From: Vicugna vicugna
Lineage: Eukaryota
Reading direction: 5' to 3'
NCBI GenBank assembly: GCA_013265495.1
Contig: MU058289.1
Location: 248,001-312,000 of the forward strand
DNA length: 64,000 nt
This document shows, in pieces, positions 60,028 through 64,000 of this stretch. A program made the position numbers and the translations under genes. The notes under the pieces are model-generated. The model saw only the letters and a program-made list of their open reading frames with translations, ran no database searches and was not told the DNA's origin. How positions within the stretch are numbered: position 1 is the first letter of the stretch; the number at the start of each line of letters is the position of its first letter.

Positions 60028-63000
60028 TCACACGTGAGTCTGGAGGCGAGGGTGGCTGGGTGTGGGGAAGGCAGCATATGGGAAGAGGGGAGTGCTGGGG
60101 GCCAGATCTGGGGGTCCAAAGGATGTGGGCTTGATGTAGCTGGTAAAAGCTCGAGGATGGGGTGTGGTGAGATAACCTGCCTGGGCTCTATAAAGTCTGC
60201 AGGAGGGGACCATGCCCAGATGTGGGTTGAAGTCATAGAAGGTAGGGGTCCCTGGTGGTCCAAGGGGCGAGGAGGGTGGTAGGAAGAGGCCTCCTCCAGG
60301 GGCTTCTCCAAGGCTCAGGCTCACACTGACTCCTCGGACCTTGTAGTAACCATTGGTTGGGTCCTGAAAGGACAAAATGGGATTTGGTAAGGTATATAAG
60401 GGTATAGAGAGGCGAGGGTCACTGATGGAGAGACACACTGAGATAGAACCAGACATCAGGAGATACAGAAAGGGAGCAGGCAGAAACTCAGAGACATAGA
60501 GACTAGAAGAACAAAGTGAGAGAGAAAAACAGTGACAAGAAACAAAGGATTCGAAGGAGATGGGCAGAGAAAGGCAGAGACAAAGGGATCCAGGCCTGCT
60601 GAAGGGTGGAGGTGTGGAAGGGGATGCAAAGGGAACAAAATAGAGAAATTGAGATCAAGATATTAATTCATTCATTTGCCCAGTAGCTCAAGGCTTTGAT
60701 TCTGTGTCATCCCCTGTGCTGCTGCTGGAGACATGTGTCACAAGGATAGACCTAGCCCTGTCCTCATGGAGATCCCAGGCCAAAGGAGAAATGATGAATC
60801 ACCAGACAGAGCCAGGAAGGGTCAGGGTTGTGATGGGGGAAGTTCAGGCAGAGAGACTGGGACGGTGATGCGATAGTGATCAGACTGGGATGGAGAAGCT
60901 GAGATCACAGTGGTTGTGGCTGTTAATAGGTGAAACATAGAATGATCAGGAGGGAAGCATGCTTTCTGGAACAAGAAATGTTTGCACTGAGACCAGAGGA
61001 ATGATAGAATTAGGTAGGTATGTGAAGAAGAGTAGGAGTGTTTCAGACCAGGGGAATAGCAATGTACTAGGTACAGAGAAGAGAGAGAAGGACTCTGGAC
61101 TGGGGACAGGGGTCAATGGGGCCCTAAAGAGATGGGCCCCCAAAGGAAGGGCAGATCTGGGGAGATGTGAGGTCACTGTGGAAACTGGAAGGTGGAAAGG
61201 GACCAGGAGAAGTACCCAGGGAGAGGCATCTAGAAGGCCTGAAACAAGACTGTGATGGGAAAGCACAGGCAGAGTCAATCTTGATCTGGGATGGAGGCCA
61301 AGGGTGGAGCAGATATGTGGGCATAGACAGCAGATATACAAACTGAGACTGGGGAGGTGGATAAGATGGCCCAGGAGGTGGCAAGATGTGGGCAGAGGGG
61401 GTGAGGTGCCAGCTCTGGGGGCAACAGAATGAAAAAGGAGGGGACAGAAGTGAAGAGAGAGTTAGTGACACAGAAAAGGGAGCCCCTCCTCTCCCAACAC
61501 TCACCTTTGCCTCCAGAGTCCCCTCCTCATCCAGCACCAGGTCACTGTGGTCTGTGTGCACGATGGGGCCCTGGAGTGGGGTACTTAGTGAGAGGGAGTG
61601 TAGAAGATCCTCCTTCCCTAGTGTCAGACCCTCAGTGGAACATCTGGGGCCAGGCAGGAGGGACCAAAGGCACCTGGGAGCTAGGGTCTGGGCTCAGGAC
61701 AACTAGGAGCCCTGGGGACATATTTGATCTAGGGAATAATTGTGTCAGGGGTTCTATTTGAGTTGGGGGGGCCTGATTGGGAGGACAGATACCACAATTG
61801 AGACTGCATTACTATTTGAGAATTGAGGTACAGTCAGGTCTGGGGACCCTGGCATCCTACCTGGTCCTCACCGTTGCCTGTCTCCTCCTCCTCGTGGCCC
61901 CTTGAACTGGATGCATCGCTGCTTCCTGGGATTCGTACCAGGTTCTTTTGCTTGGAGAAAGAGGCTGAGGCCAGGGACATTGAGGGTGGGGGCAGAGGTA
62001 AGCAATGGGGCTGGGTTACGGGTTGTGGAGGCCAGTGAGCAGGAAGAGAGAGGACTGAGACAATCAGGTTGAGAGGCTGGGAACCAGTGAGAACTCTGGC
62101 CTAGGAGGGCAGGGGGTGTGACCCTGAGGGGTTGGAGTTAAAGCTTGAGGGAGGAATCAGGTCCTGAAAGTGAGCCAAGTCAAGGGAAGGTCTAGAGAGG
62201 CAGGGCTGGGACCAGATCCCAAGGCCAGGCCCGCCAGTGGGCAGGGGTGGGGCTCAGGCACTGACCCTTGCTGTGGCGCCAGCAGCAGAGGACCACCCCA
62301 GTGATGACCATAAGTAGAGTCATGGCCACAGCAGCCACTCCAGCCACAATCCTCACCATGGGCAGCGAGTCTGCAGGAAAGAGAGGGGTGTCCTGAGGAG
62401 GCTGAGCAGAAGACTGAGCAGGAACTGGCGGACTGGGCTCAGGGCTTGGGTAGGGACCTCTGGGTTCAAAGGTCACCAAGTTTGGAGATTCCCAAGTTTT
62501 GTAGCCTGGGATCCCTGTGTTTAAGGGCTCATGAACTTGGGGTTTTACAAGTTTAAACTCCCTGACTTTAGGCAGTCTTAGAGTTTGAGGGCATTTTTAC
62601 TTTGCAATTCTTTATATTTGGAGATTGCCTTCTTTGAAACACCTAAGTGTAGAGGTCTTTCAGTTTAGGATTCTGTACCCGAGGGAACTTATTGTTTAGG
62701 GGTCTCAGGATTCAAGGGACTCATGATATTGAGGCTCCCAAGGTTTGGGGGTCTCTGCATTTGAGGGTCCTCTGTTTGGGAATGGTCACATTTTGGAGGT
62801 TTGAAATCCTCAGATTTGGGGTCTTCAGGCCCAGAGTCTTACCTCTACGGCCCAGGCTGACCCGGGTGCCTCCCTCGCCCAGCCGGTTCCGGGCACTACA
62901 GTTGAAGCCCCGGCTAAAGTCAGACTCCTGGGTCCCGGAAATGTGTAGCACAGAGATCAGGCCTGGACCTTGTCCTCCGCGGCCCTCTGGGGCTGGGAAC

Positions 63001-63978
63001 GTCTCCACCAGGAACCTACCCCGAGATCCCGCTGCCAGGAAGCCCTCATCCCAAGACCAGACCTGGGGGCACAAAAGAGGAAGATCACTGAGGAGACTAG
63101 GGAGGGCAGGCAGGGGCGGCGGGCGGGGTGAGGAATGTCAGAGGTAGTCACAATAGTTTTGGGAGTCTGGCTGAGAGGTCCAGGATCATGGCTTGGATGA
63201 GTCTTGAGAGCGGGGACATTTCCTTACCACGGCTTCTGGGGCGGGGGAGGCGAAGACCAGACACTGGAGGCGGGCGGGGCCCCTCAGGAAGGCGGGCGCA
63301 GAGTGCAGGGCGGTCACTACTGGTGGCGCTGGTTTGGAGATTGTGGACCAATCAGAGGAGAGGCCCCGCCCTCCCTCAAGCCCGTTCTCAATCGGGCGGG
63401 GCCAGGCCTGGGCACTCCCCACTAACCCCAACGAACCAGGCCACGCCTCTCCACAAATTTGGAACCCCACTGGGGCTGGCCTTCGCTAGGTCCTGCTGCA
63501 ATCCCCAGGTCCCGCCGTCTGTTGAGCTTCCCCTCTAAAGACCATGTCCACTCTCATTAGACCTCGTCCCCTCTGCCCACTCCTTATCTAGGACCTGTCG
63601 GGTCCACTAGGAAGCACCCCTTTCTCACCGTTCACAGTCAACCTAGCCTCAGCAGCGCCGCCCCCCAGGCCGGAGAGCCCAGGCTCAGCCTTGCACACGT
63701 AGTCGCCTGCATCCTCGGGCCCCACCGCGGGAAGACGCAGCGTGGGCCCGGAGGCCAGCACCTGGGATAGTGAAGGGGCGTCACGGCCAGGACCTTGGGA
63801 GGATTAGTGCCACTGCCAGCCACCACCACAAGCCCCAGATCGGGTCTCACCTGCGCGTCCCCGCGGCGGGTCCAGGTTACCCGTGGGAGCGGATTTCCGC
63901 GCCAGACACAGGTGAAGAAGGCATCGTTCCCGAGGTCCACGGACACGGGTTTCGGCTTTGCCTGAAGAATCGGCCCGA
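60028..63978 (-). CDS. KIRREL2: Kin of IRRE-like protein 2 (NEPH3/filtrin), 3' part only (5' exons lie beyond the window)
   Basis: Exons 63978-63851, 63761-63629, 63328-63228, 63062-62843, 62370-62266 (TM IVAGVAAVAMTLLMVITGVVLCCW), 61964-61861, 61570-61505, 60363-60028; all GT-AG and in phase. Ig domains (FTCVWRGNPLPRVTW, FNCSARNRLG), cytoplasmic KDPTNGYYKV and a C-terminal PDZ ligand LQTHV*. Confidence 0.96.
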
Positions 63979-64000
63979 CTGGAGGAGAGAGTTGAGCGGG

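Overview
This is mammalian genomic DNA, not prokaryotic. It is the conserved LRFN3-TYROBP-HCST-NFKBID-APLP1-KIRREL2 block (syntenic with human 19q13.12). tRNA-Ala-derived SINEs suggest a camelid (inference). I traced five complete intron-containing CDSs by hand through GT-AG junctions with consistent phase: LRFN3 (-, 630 aa), TYROBP/DAP12 (+, 108 aa), HCST/DAP10 (-, 79 aa, possibly 93), NFKBID/IkBNS (+, 328 or 313 aa from its AUG) and APLP1 (-, 646/647 aa). The 3' eight exons of KIRREL2 (-) are also present. A TE-dense intergenic block spans about 16.3-31 kb, preceded by an orphan CpG-island promoter. There is no CRISPR array, rRNA, genuine tRNA gene or prokaryotic-type system, and I cannot claim a wholly new system. 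The most interesting signals are in NFKBID: a spliced, stop-free 145-codon N-terminal extension starting at a CUG in strong Kozak context, which carries a helix (TVKKLLEEQRRR) resembling the second half of the OCA motif of POU coactivators and IkB-zeta. NFKBID also has tandem Roquin CDE hairpins, competing splice sites, an intronic TGACCT array and a sense SINE with polyA signals. A CTCF-type motif and an RE1/REST-type motif sit between the convergent immune (NFKBID) and neural (APLP1) genes. Repeat families are recognised from memory and their boundaries are approximate; no database search was run.
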